Assembly (NCBI GenBank): GCA_035581905.1
Contig: DATISQ010000332.1
Coordinates: 1-57,471, forward strand
DNA length: 57,471 nt
Direction: 5' to 3'
Origin: Cryobacterium sp.
GTDB taxonomy: Bacteria > Actinomycetota > Actinomycetes > Actinomycetales > Microbacteriaceae
Made by a program: the position numbers and the translations under genes. How positions within the stretch are numbered: position 1 is the stretch's first letter; each line of letters starts with the position of its first letter. Below are positions 20,647 to 30,068 of the stretch, piece by piece. The notes under the pieces were generated by a model. The model searched no databases. It was given only the letters and a program-made list of their open reading frames with translations, and was not told the DNA's origin.

Positions 20647-21190
20647 GTAGCCGAGGAGGTACTCGTCGAAGCCGGGCAGCGCGTGCACGGCGCCGGCGGT
20701 GGTGCGAGGGGAGCGGAGCGTCTCCTCAGCAGGCCCGGTGATGAAGTAGCTCTGGTCCGCGCACCGAATCTCGGCGAGCTCCCCGCGAACGGCGCCGAGC
20801 GCTGCCCGGTGGTCGGGATTCCCGCCGCCTCGAGCTCGCGCTGGAACTCCGCCCGGCCGAGCCGCCGTCCCCCGGAGAGCGCCGTGAGAGCGACCTCCCT
20901 GGCCCGGTCGAGCGTCGGCTGGTCGAGGCCGAGCTGGCGTCGGCGGGTATCGAACTGCGCGAGCATCCGGGGCCCGGTGAGCTGCAACATCCACCGCAGG
21001 TCGTGCGGGTCCACGAAGTGCAGGGTGCCGCGCATGGACCAGGAGCGTACGACACTGCCGCTCTCCAGCGCCGCCTCGACCGCCGCGCGGGTGTCGCCGG
21101 AGCGCAGGCCGAGAGCCCAGACGGCCTGCGGATTGTCCTGCCCCTGCACGGCGAGCAGATGACGAACGGCCTCGGCGGTCGGGTCGGTGG
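20647..21190 (-). pseudogene. Broken AlkZ-like (HTH_42) winged-helix DNA glycosylase
   Basis: AVQGQD and RSWSMRGTLHFV in one frame, HALPGFDEYLLGY in another; both ends and the middle are missing. Confidence 0.78.
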
Positions 21191-21254
21191 TGTCTGCAAC
21201 CGGAACGTAAGGCCGCTGGATGCCTTCCAGATCCCCCTGTGGCGGGCCAACGGC

Positions 21255-21272
21255 GGGACCTTCGTCCCCTGT
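21255..21272 (+). promoter_or_regulatory. Candidate DevR/DosR box
   Basis: GGGACCTTCGTCCCCTGT, nearly the same as the boxes at 48201 and 50572. Confidence 0.45.
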
Positions 21273-21369
21273 CGAGCATTCCTGCTCGTGAGAGGATGCA
21301 GACGGCCGCCCTCGAGGCAACCCTCCGGGCCTTGCCGCCCGTGGGGGCCGACGAGAGGAGCAGATCCCC

Positions 21370-21810
21370 GTGACCACGACGACAACCAGGCAGTACCGAG
21401 ACACCCAGATCGATGTGAAACTCGTGCTCTGCGCTTTGTGGATCACGATGCTGTTCGTCTTCGCCTACGTCGATATTTTCGGGTTCTTCCGCGCCGATGT
21501 TCTCAACGCAACGCTGGATGGCAAGGTGGCGACCACGGGCTTCACGATCAACCAGGTATTCCTGGTTTTCACCCTGATCTACATCCTGGTGCCGGTTCTG
21601 ATGGTGGTCCTGTCACTCGTGCTCAAACCACGAGTCAACCGGATCACCAACATCGTCGTCAGCGTCCTCTACATAGTCACCATCATCGCTGCGACCATCG
21701 GCGAAACATGGGTCTACTACGTCATCGGCAGCTTCATCGAAGTGGTGCTCCTCCTCGTCATTGCCCGAACCGCTTGGAAATGGCCGCCACCTGAGCGGGA
21801 GTCTCACTAA
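21370..21810 (+). CDS. DUF6326-like membrane protein
   Basis: LCALWITMLFVFAYVDIFGFF, four TM helices, AWKWP end; GAGGAG RBS. Confidence 0.75.
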   Translation: MTTTTTRQYRDTQIDVKLVLCALWITMLFVFAYVDIFGFFRADVLNATLDGKVATTGFTINQVFLVFTLIYILVPVLMVVLSLVLKPRVNRITNIVVSVLYIVTIIAATIGETWVYYVIGSFIEVVLLLVIARTAWKWPPPERESH

Positions 21811-21840
21811 GGAGGCCACAAGCTCCACCACCGGAGCCGC

Positions 21841-22323
21841 TCACCTCACCGGTTCGAGAACCACCACGGCCGTCTCCGTCGGCCGACGACGGGCGTACCC
21901 GTCGAGGTCCTTGTCCAGCGATCGCCACCGGTCCCACAGGCGGTCCCGCTCGGCTCCGGTCGCGGCGTGGGCGACGACCTGCCGTGTAGCGTCGGCGAGC
22001 TGGACGCGAGCCTCCGGATGCGCCTGGAGGTTCAGCCACCACGCCGGCTCCGCTTCACCCCAGCCGTTCATCGCCATGGTCACCAGGTTCGGACCGTCCT
22101 CGTAGTAGCCGACGATCACCGTTCGCTCCTGGCCGCTGCGGCGCCCGATCGTGGTCAGCCTCAGCGCGCCCCAGGTCTTCTCACGCGGGCGCCACAGACC
22201 GCGACGCCCACCGGTGACCCGGACCAGCGTCCGGTGCGCCTTCCAGAAAAGCACGATGAACCATCGGGGTTGCAAGCGCGGCGTCCGCCCGCTCGCTCCC
22301 GGCACGCTGTTGTTGATCTCCAA
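21841..22323 (-). CDS. Deazaflavin (F420)-dependent nitroreductase/quinone reductase family protein
   Basis: LTTIGRRSGQER, PAWWLNLQAHP, VVVLEP. Confidence 0.85.
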   Translation of the reverse strand: MEINNSVPGASGRTPRLQPRWFIVLFWKAHRTLVRVTGGRRGLWRPREKTWGALRLTTIGRRSGQERTVIVGYYEDGPNLVTMAMNGWGEAEPAWWLNLQAHPEARVQLADATRQVVAHAATGAERDRLWDRWRSLDKDLDGYARRRPTETAVVVLEPVR

Positions 22324-22611
22324 CTCGTCAGCCGCCTTCCGTCGAGAGGTCCCCCCTCAGGGTGGCCCGATCAGGATCGGACCTGCTGCGCGCGACTGTA
22401 GACCCCACTCCCGCGCGATGACAGCGTCATACGTCCCGTCCGTGACCGCAATCGGGGAGAGCGAAGATGCACCGGCGGCGGAGCCGGCTGGGACCGGATA
22501 CGACCGTTTTCGAACTCAACACCCGGGGACGCTTGACTGGTCTGATGCCGAGTCAGGGGGAGACTGTTCCCATGACGAGTGGAGAGTGACGTGGTGACTG
22601 TGCGGCGAAGA

Positions 22612-24072
22612 GTGACGGAGGTCGACGCGATCGTGGTCGGTTCCGGGCCCAACGGCCTCGCCGCCGCGGTCACCCTCGCTCGGGCTGGACTGTCGGTGCG
22701 CGTCTATGAGAAGGCCGCCATTGTCGGTGGCGGCGCCGCCACCGCGGAGCTGACCCTGCCGGGCTTCCACCATGACGTCTGCTCCGCTGTGCACCCGCTC
22801 GCGCTGGCTTCGGAGTTCTTTCAACGATTCGGGCTCGCGGACCGGATCGAACTGGCAGTTCCGGAGGTCTCCTACGGGCATCCGCTGCCGGGCGGAACCG
22901 CCGGCCTCGCCTACCGCAGCCTGTCACGCACCGTCGCCGAGCTGGGCCGGGACGGCGCTGCCTGGAACCGGTTGTTCGCGCCCCTCGTGGCACATGCCGA
23001 GGAGGTGGCGGAGTTCACCGGCGCGCAGCTTCTGCGGCTGCCGAAGCATCCGGCCACGGCGCTGCGCTTGGGCCTGCGCGCCCTGGAGCAGGGCAGCCCG
23101 CTCTGGGACCTGCGCTTCTCGGGCGAGGCCGCCCCCGCCCTGCTCACCGGCGTCAGCGCACACACGATCCGGGCGCTGCCGAGCATCGCCACGGCCGGTG
23201 CGGGCCTCACCCTCGCCACGTATGCGCACGCGGGCGGCTGGCCGATCCCGGTCGGCGGCAGTGGCGCGATCGTGACCGCGCTGGTCGACGACCTGCTCGC
23301 TCACGGTGGCGAGATCGTCACGTCGACCGAGGTGCGGCGGCTGAGCGACCTGCCACCGGCCCGCGTGGTGATGCTGGACCTCACGCCGCGGGCTCTGCTG
23401 CGGCTCGCCGAGGGCGAGCTGCCCAACGCTTACGCGCGGCGGCTGCGCGCCTTCCGGTACGGCAACGGCGTCGCCAAGGTCGACTTCGCACTGTCGGATC
23501 CGGTGCCCTGGCGGGCTGGCGGGTTGCGGGCAGCGGGCACCGTGCACGTGGGCGGCACCCGGGCGCAGATCCGGCGGGCCGAGAACACCGTCGCCCGCGG
23601 CCGGCACGCCGAGGAACCGTATGTTCTCGTGTCCCAGCCCAGCGGCACCGACCCCAGCCGTGCCCCGGCCGGTCAGCACACCCTCTGGGCGTATACCCAT
23701 GTTCCGCGCGGCTCCACCATCGACCAAACCGAAGCGATCGTGCGCCAGATCGAGCGATACGCTCCGGGTTTCCGGGACACCATCCTGGCCAGCGCTGGTC
23801 GCACCGCGACGCAGCTGGAACTGCACAATCCCAACTATGTCGGCGGTGATATCTCGGCCGGCGAGGTGAGTCTGACCCAGCTCGTGCGCCGGCCGGTCCT
23901 GGCCCCTGACCCGTGGCGCACGCCCGTGGAAGGCGTGTACCTGTGCTCGTCGTCCACGCCACCGGGCCCTGGCGTGCACGGCCTTGCCGGCTGGCACGCA
24001 GCCCTGAGCGCTCTTCGACACGACCTCGGGGTGCGCACAGCCCCCGAACTCTCCCCGACCAACCAGAAATAG
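22612..24072 (+). CDS. Phytoene dehydrogenase-like NAD(P)/FAD oxidoreductase
   Basis: IVVGSGPNGLAAA, HDVCSAVHP, NPNYVGGDI, TPPGPGVHG. Confidence 0.88.
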   Translation: MTEVDAIVVGSGPNGLAAAVTLARAGLSVRVYEKAAIVGGGAATAELTLPGFHHDVCSAVHPLALASEFFQRFGLADRIELAVPEVSYGHPLPGGTAGLAYRSLSRTVAELGRDGAAWNRLFAPLVAHAEEVAEFTGAQLLRLPKHPATALRLGLRALEQGSPLWDLRFSGEAAPALLTGVSAHTIRALPSIATAGAGLTLATYAHAGGWPIPVGGSGAIVTALVDDLLAHGGEIVTSTEVRRLSDLPPARVVMLDLTPRALLRLAEGELPNAYARRLRAFRYGNGVAKVDFALSDPVPWRAGGLRAAGTVHVGGTRAQIRRAENTVARGRHAEEPYVLVSQPSGTDPSRAPAGQHTLWAYTHVPRGSTIDQTEAIVRQIERYAPGFRDTILASAGRTATQLELHNPNYVGGDISAGEVSLTQLVRRPVLAPDPWRTPVEGVYLCSSSTPPGPGVHGLAGWHAALSALRHDLGVRTAPELSPTNQK

Positions 24073-24080
24073 GTGACACC

Positions 24081-24524
24081 GTGGCCGTGAACTACCGCAC
24101 CATGAACTGCCCGCCCGAGAACGTCTTTGCCGTTCTGGCCGATGGCTGGTTGTACCCGAGCTGGGTCGTCGGCGCCTCCCGCATGCGGAATGTCGACGCG
24201 GCGTGGCCGGCAGAAGGAAGCGCCATCCATCACTCGGTGGGCGTCTGGCCGGCCCTCATCGACGACTCCACGTCTGCTCTGGAATGGGACCCACCCCGGC
24301 ACGCCCTGTTCAAGGCCCGCGGCTGGCCGATCGGCGAGGCCCACGTGGCCCTGGATGTGAAGGCACGCGGCGACGGATGCGTCGTACGCATCACCGAGGA
24401 CGCCACCGCCGGCCCCGGCCGGTTGGTGCCCCTGTTCCTGCGCGATTCGGCCATCAGGATCCGTAACGAGGAGACTCTGCGTCGGCTCGCGTTCCTCGCC
24501 GAGGGCGGCGCCGGGGCCTCCTAG
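24081..24524 (+). CDS. SRPBCC/START-fold protein
   Basis: VFAVLADGWLYPSWVVGA, RNEETLRRL; AGGTGA RBS. Confidence 0.82.
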   Translation: MAVNYRTMNCPPENVFAVLADGWLYPSWVVGASRMRNVDAAWPAEGSAIHHSVGVWPALIDDSTSALEWDPPRHALFKARGWPIGEAHVALDVKARGDGCVVRITEDATAGPGRLVPLFLRDSAIRIRNEETLRRLAFLAEGGAGAS

Positions 24525-24572
24525 CCGGGGTGCTCGGCCGGCAGGCCTGACGTTCCGCAGTCACCGGGCCGA

Positions 24573-25517
24573 TCAGGCCAGGCTGTCGAGGGCGCTTCGC
24601 ACGCGCTTCATCGAGGATGCCAGCCCCCATTCGGCCGACAGCCGCTGCAGATCGGCAGCCTGTTCGGGCGTGCTCCTACGGATGCGAGCGTCGAACGCCG
24701 GCAGCGTGAGGTCGCGCACCACGTTCACCACGGCCGGGGCCGCCGTGAGGTAGTCCGCGGCGGCGAGGATCTTCGCGCGCACGGCCGCGCCCAGCCTGGA
24801 GCCCGGATCGGCGGCGGCCGCCACGATCGCGTCCAGATCTCCGAAGTCCGCCAGCAGCGTCGCCGCGGTTTTCTCACCCACCCCGGCCACGCCGGGAAGT
24901 CCGTCGGAGGCGTCACCGCGCATGGCGGCGAAGTCCGCGTACTGAGCCGGCGTCACCCCCGTCCTGGCGGTGAGGGTGGCGTCGGTGAGGATCTCCAACC
25001 GGGCCATGCCACGGCCGGTGTAGATCACCCGCACGTCGCGGGAGTCGTCAACGAGTTGGAACAGGTCGCGGTCGCCGGTGATCACATCCACCGGGATATC
25101 GGCGTGGGAGGCGAGGGTGCCGATCACGTCGTCGGCCTCGTGGAGGGCGGCGCCGATGATGGGGATACCGAGTGCGGTGAGCACATCGCGGATGAGCGGC
25201 ACCTGCGGGCCGAGCAGGTCGGGCACGATCTCGATCGACGGGGCGGCATCCGCTGCCGGCTCGGCGGCCACCCGGTGGGTCTTGTAGGTGGGAATGAGAT
25301 CCACCCGCCACTGCGGTCGCCAGTCGTCGTCCCAGCAGGCCACGATCTCTGTGGGCTGGAACTCTGTGGCGAGTCGGGCGACCATGTCGATCAGCCCGCG
25401 CACGGCGTTCACCGGTTCACCGTTCGGCGCGCGAACGGTGTCGGGCACCCCGTAGAACGCGCGGAAATACAGGGCAGCGGTATCAAGGAGCATCCGACGC
25501 TCGGGCTGAGTGGTCAC
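24573..25517 (-). CDS. Stand-alone 5'-3' exonuclease/flap endonuclease (FenA-like)
   Basis: LLDTAALYFRAF, YKTHR, EADDVIG, TGDRDLFQL, GDASDGLPGVAGVGEKTA (H3TH). Confidence 0.9.
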   Translation of the reverse strand: MTTQPERRMLLDTAALYFRAFYGVPDTVRAPNGEPVNAVRGLIDMVARLATEFQPTEIVACWDDDWRPQWRVDLIPTYKTHRVAAEPAADAAPSIEIVPDLLGPQVPLIRDVLTALGIPIIGAALHEADDVIGTLASHADIPVDVITGDRDLFQLVDDSRDVRVIYTGRGMARLEILTDATLTARTGVTPAQYADFAAMRGDASDGLPGVAGVGEKTAATLLADFGDLDAIVAAAADPGSRLGAAVRAKILAAADYLTAAPAVVNVVRDLTLPAFDARIRRSTPEQAADLQRLSAEWGLASSMKRVRSALDSLA

Positions 25518-25728
25518 GGCGGCATCCTTGCACACCGGCCCGGCGCGATCCACCGACGACCTGTGCTCGTGCTCGGGGTACGGATGACTTTGCCAGCTAA
25601 ACATGAGCCTTTGTTCAGAAAGCGGGTACAAGATAGCAGTTTCGCCCGCGCGGCCGCTTGTGGCCGTGAGCCCACCGATCAAGGTGCGCCGAGGATCGTG
25701 TAGCCCGGCCGCATCGAATTTGGAAGTC

Positions 25729-26679
25729 ATGCGCTTTGCTTCACGCCGTTCACCTCTGTCCGCCCGCCGCGAAATCAACGCCAAACGCAAACGTTCGCGC
25801 ACCAGGTCCGTCGCCCTCGGCACCGGAGCGACGCTCGGCCTCCTCGGCCTGATCGGGGGAATCGGCGCGGTGTCACAGGCATCCGCGGCCAGCTCCGCCA
25901 GCATCGCCGCCACGGCGGAGCTCTCCGACAGCACCGGGCTTCGCCACGAGCAGCTCAGCGTCTACTCCGGGATTGCCACGAAGACCGCCCATGACCGAGC
26001 GGAGAGCACCCTCAGTGACGCCGGAACGGTGATCACGACGATGGTGAACAAGGTGGATGCGACCCCGCTGGCGTCATCCGTTGCCGCGCTCGGCGAGTAC
26101 AAATCGCTGGAGATGGACACCGTCATCGAGTTGACCGAACAGACTCAGGTGGCGGCAGCCACGGCACGCGCGGCCGTCGCCGAGGTGGACCGCACCGCAG
26201 CCGAGGCAGCCGCCGCGGCCGCTGCGGAAGCAGCTCGCGCCGAGGCTGAAGCTGCCGCCCAGGCTCAGGCTCAGGCTGCCGCCCAGGCCGAAGCGAAAGC
26301 CGCAGCCGCGGCCGCCGATGCCGCGCGCGCGCCTGCTGCACCGGCTCCGTCCCCGTCCGTCGCCGGCGGCAACTCGCCCGCCGAGGCGAAAGCCACGGCC
26401 CGGGCGATGGCCTCCTCGACGTACGGCTGGGGCGACTCCGAGTTCTCCTGCCTCGTGCAGCTTTGGACCAAGGAATCCGGCTGGTCGTACACGGCCTACA
26501 ACCCCAGCGGCGCCACCGGAATCCCGCAGGCCCTGCCCGGCAGCAAGATGGCGACCGCAGGATCCGACTGGGCGACGAACGCAACCACCCAGATTTCCTG
26601 GGGTCTCGGCTACATCAAGGCCGGGTACGGCACCCCGTGCGGCGCCTGGGCGCACTCGGTCGACAACAACTGGTACTGA
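25729..26679 (+). CDS. Secreted lytic transglycosylase-like protein with Ala-rich coiled region
   Basis: N-terminal basic and hydrophobic signal; C-terminal CLVQLWTKESGW, GATGIPQALPG, QISWGLGYI, YGTPCGAW, NNWY. Confidence 0.85.
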   Translation: MRFASRRSPLSARREINAKRKRSRTRSVALGTGATLGLLGLIGGIGAVSQASAASSASIAATAELSDSTGLRHEQLSVYSGIATKTAHDRAESTLSDAGTVITTMVNKVDATPLASSVAALGEYKSLEMDTVIELTEQTQVAAATARAAVAEVDRTAAEAAAAAAAEAARAEAEAAAQAQAQAAAQAEAKAAAAAADAARAPAAPAPSPSVAGGNSPAEAKATARAMASSTYGWGDSEFSCLVQLWTKESGWSYTAYNPSGATGIPQALPGSKMATAGSDWATNATTQISWGLGYIKAGYGTPCGAWAHSVDNNWY

Positions 26680-26711
26680 TCCGACCTCGCACTGATCCGA
26701 CCTCGCACTGA
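26675..26711. repeat. 16-bp tandem repeat, 2.3 copies
   Basis: ACTGATCCGACCTCGC x2 followed by ACTGA. Confidence 0.85.
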
Positions 26712-26775
26712 GCTGACCCAGCTCTGAACTGTTGTGATCTGGCCGGGGTCGTCCTTCCCGTCCGCCGTTCGGTCA

Positions 26776-29700
26776 TCAATCGTCGTGCGCGGTCCGCGGG
26801 CCGCGTCCGCCCGGGCGAGCGACCTCGAGCAGGTCCCACAGGTTCTCCCCGGTGACGGAGACCCCTCGTGCGCCGGATCGGCGGGTGCGGCCGCGCACGA
26901 GCAGGTAGTGCGTTGCGAACACGCGCCCGCCGACGCGTTCCTGGGCATCGTGGAAAAAGACCACGTTCGACACCGGTCCGGTGCCGTCGTCGAGGCTGAC
27001 GAAGACCACCCGGCGGCCATTGCGCATCGGGGGCGTGTTGGTTGCCCGGCGAACACCGGCGATCAGAACCTCGGTGCCGCCGGGCAGGTCCTGCAGCCGT
27101 GAGGCCGGCGTCACGCCCAGCCGGGCGAACAGCGGGTGGAAGCGTTCCATCTGGTGGTGCCCGACGGCCAGGTGGAGATCCTGCAGCTCGAGGTCGGTCT
27201 GCGTGCGGCCGCGGAGGTCCGGGCTGACCAGCGCCCGGGGCGGTGCAGGCGCGGGCAGTTCCACGTCGAAGGCCAGCTGGTTGTCCGTGATGCTCACGGC
27301 CCTGCCCTGCAGGCCCTGGATGTGGGCGAGGAGCTCATGACGGCGGTCGCGGTCGTAGTCGATGAACGCATCCAGGGCCCCCACTCGGGCGAGGGCCTCG
27401 AAGGTGCGGCGCCTCGGCCGTACCCGATCCCGGAAGTCCTGCAACGATGTGAACGGCTGGTGGCGAGCGATCCGGGCCCGCTCCGCCTCGCTGCTGCCGG
27501 CCAGTTCAGGCAGGGCCAGACGGATGCCGCGGCCCCCGTCGACAAGTTCCTCCACCTGGTATTCGAGCGCACTCCGCTGCACGTCCAGAGCCAGCACGGG
27601 AACGCCGAGGAGCCGCGCTTCGGCCACGATCAGGTCCTTGGGCCACATGCCGGGGTCATGCGTGAGCAGGCCGGCCAGGAACTCCGCCGGGTGATGCGCC
27701 TTCAGCCAGGCGGACTGGTAGGTGGGCAGGGCGAACGCCGCGCCGTGCGCCTTGGCGAAGCCGAAGCTGCCGAACCCGGCGAGTACCTGCCAGACCTGGC
27801 TGACCAGGTCGGGCGGGAACCCCCGTTCCCGGGCGTGTTCCCGTACGAAGGCCTCGATGCGGGGCAGGTCGCCGGGCTTCCCCAGGTGGCGACGGAGCAC
27901 ATCTGCCGGGCCGAGCCCGCAGCCGGTGAGTTCGTCGAGGAGGCGCATCACCTGCTCATGGAAGATGACCACGCCCCGGGTCTCGCGCAGGATGGGTTCG
28001 AACCGTGGGTGCAGGTAGTCGGGGGCGACCTCCCCGTGCCGGGCCTCGAGGTAGCGCAGGGGCATGTTGTTCTGCATCGGCCCGGGCCGGAACAGGGAGA
28101 TCTCCACGGTCAGGTCGTTGAAAACCTCGGGCTGCAGCTTGCCGACCAGCTCCATCTGCCCGGGGGACTCGAGCTGGAAGACGCCGAGGGTGCGGGTGGA
28201 GCGGATCAGCTCGAACGTGGCCTGGTCGTCCAGCGGGATCCGGTCGAGGTCGATGGTCTCGCCCGACAGCCGCCGGTGCTCCTCGATCGCATGGGCCATC
28301 GCCGACTGCATGCGCACGCCGAGGACGTCCAGCTTGATCAGGCCCATCGGGTCCATGTCGTGCTTGTCGAACTGGGACATCGGCAGCCCCATGCCGGACG
28401 CCTGCACCGGGGTGCGGTCCAGCAGGGAGGCGTCGGAGAGGATGACGCCGCAGGGGTGCACGGAGAAATAGCGGGGGAGCCGGTCGAGTTTGGCGGTGAG
28501 GTCGACCAGCAGGTCCAGTTGCTCCGACCGGCGCACGTCGGCGGCCAGTTCGGCCAGCTCGGGCTTCTCGTCGAGGGCTCGCCGGAAGTCCCGCGCGTTG
28601 AAGCGCCACATCTGCTTGGCGATCGCGTCGATCAGCTCGCCCGGCAGCCCCAGGGCCAGCCCGGCGTCCCGCACGGCGCCCCGGCCACGGTAGGCGTTCG
28701 TCATCGACATCAGGCTGACCCGGTCGGCACCGAAGAAGTCGAAGATGGCCCGGTAGATGTCGTGCCGCCGGGCCGACTCGACGTCCAGGTCGATGTCGGG
28801 CAGGGTCTGCCGTTCGGGGGAGAGGAAGCGCTCCCAGAGCAGCCCGTTGGCGATCGGCTCCACCGAGGAGGTGTGCAGCGCGTAGTTCAGCACCGAGCCC
28901 ACACCGGACCCGCGCGCCTGAATCCGGATGCCCATCTCCCGGATGAGATCGGCGACCCGGGCGACGGTGAGGAAGTAGCCGGCGAACCCGAGTTTCTCCA
29001 CCGTGGCCATCTCGTGGGCGAGGCGGGCATGCGCGGCCGTCAGGGCGGGGGAACCGGAACCGGCGTAGCGCTCGTCGATGCCGTGCCGGGCCCGGCGCCA
29101 CAACTCGGCCAGCGGGTCGCCGGAGACGCCGATGATGGCGGCCTCCGGCATCCGCGGTGTTCCGAGTCCGATGTCGGTATCCGGGTCGAGGGCGCACCGG
29201 TCGGCGAGGAGCTCGGTGTGCTGGAGCAGCCGCGCCAGGGTGTGCTCGTCGTGGCTGCCGGCGTCGACGACCATCCGGGCCACCTGGTGCATCAGCGGGG
29301 CCGGCTTCAGCCAGGCCTGCCCGTTGGCCATCGCCTGATCCAGCCGGGCCAGCGGGGTGAGCAGTCGGGCGGCGTCGGCGAGGTCCGCGGTGACGGCGCC
29401 ATCCGGCGCCCCGTAGCGCACCGCGTTCGTGAGCACAGCGGGAAGACCGGCGTCCTCGGCGAGCCCGAGCATGCGGGTGGCCGGTGCCACGCTGCCGGGC
29501 CGGCCCGGCTCGGTCAGGTGGCAGACCACCTCGAGGGCGAGTGTGCCGGGCGGCATCAGGCGCAGCCAGTCTGCCAGGCGCGCACGGGCATCCGTACCGT
29601 CCCGGCGTGCCACAGCCTCACCGACATCCGAGGCCGGCCCGAGCAGCACGCTCAGCCGCCCCTCGGAGCCCGTCAGCTCGGCCAGACGACGACGGTCGAG

Positions 29701-30045
29701 GCTGGGCTTTTTACCGGCCCGGTGGGCTGCCGACACCGCGCGGCAGAGGGACGCATAGCCTTCCCCGCCGTCGTGGCCGTGCGCGATCACGACGACCCGG
29801 CCGAGCGGATGCCGGGCCTCGTCGTGCACGGCCAGGTCGGCGCCGAGTCCCGGCCGGATGCCGGCGGCCACACAGGCGCGCACGTGCTTGACCGCGCCGT
29901 ACAGACCGTCCCGGTCGGTCACCGCCAGGAATGAGCTGCCCTGCGCGGCAGCCTGGTCGACGAGGCTGTCCGGCAGGGTCACCCCGTAGTGAGTGGAGTA
30001 GGCGCTGGCGACGTGGAGGTGCGGGAATCCGTCGGTCGCGTTCAT
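26776..30045 (-). CDS. dnaE2: DnaE2-type (error-prone) DNA polymerase III alpha subunit
   Basis: PHP-like HLHVASAYS, RGSG, PDIDLD, HPCGV, KLDVLG, FGFAKAH, OB fold; no tau-binding tail. Confidence 0.85.
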   Translation of the reverse strand: MNATDGFPHLHVASAYSTHYGVTLPDSLVDQAAAQGSSFLAVTDRDGLYGAVKHVRACVAAGIRPGLGADLAVHDEARHPLGRVVVIAHGHDGGEGYASLCRAVSAAHRAGKKPSLDRRRLAELTGSEGRLSVLLGPASDVGEAVARRDGTDARARLADWLRLMPPGTLALEVVCHLTEPGRPGSVAPATRMLGLAEDAGLPAVLTNAVRYGAPDGAVTADLADAARLLTPLARLDQAMANGQAWLKPAPLMHQVARMVVDAGSHDEHTLARLLQHTELLADRCALDPDTDIGLGTPRMPEAAIIGVSGDPLAELWRRARHGIDERYAGSGSPALTAAHARLAHEMATVEKLGFAGYFLTVARVADLIREMGIRIQARGSGVGSVLNYALHTSSVEPIANGLLWERFLSPERQTLPDIDLDVESARRHDIYRAIFDFFGADRVSLMSMTNAYRGRGAVRDAGLALGLPGELIDAIAKQMWRFNARDFRRALDEKPELAELAADVRRSEQLDLLVDLTAKLDRLPRYFSVHPCGVILSDASLLDRTPVQASGMGLPMSQFDKHDMDPMGLIKLDVLGVRMQSAMAHAIEEHRRLSGETIDLDRIPLDDQATFELIRSTRTLGVFQLESPGQMELVGKLQPEVFNDLTVEISLFRPGPMQNNMPLRYLEARHGEVAPDYLHPRFEPILRETRGVVIFHEQVMRLLDELTGCGLGPADVLRRHLGKPGDLPRIEAFVREHARERGFPPDLVSQVWQVLAGFGSFGFAKAHGAAFALPTYQSAWLKAHHPAEFLAGLLTHDPGMWPKDLIVAEARLLGVPVLALDVQRSALEYQVEELVDGGRGIRLALPELAGSSEAERARIARHQPFTSLQDFRDRVRPRRRTFEALARVGALDAFIDYDRDRRHELLAHIQGLQGRAVSITDNQLAFDVELPAPAPPRALVSPDLRGRTQTDLELQDLHLAVGHHQMERFHPLFARLGVTPASRLQDLPGGTEVLIAGVRRATNTPPMRNGRRVVFVSLDDGTGPVSNVVFFHDAQERVGGRVFATHYLLVRGRTRRSGARGVSVTGENLWDLLEVARPGGRGPRTAHDD

Positions 30046-30068
30046 GGTTTCGTTTGCACCCGTGCGGG

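Noticed and set aside
27136-29934. 932-aa plus-strand ORF
   Set aside because: Antisense shadow of dnaE2, as expected in high-GC DNA; no motifs
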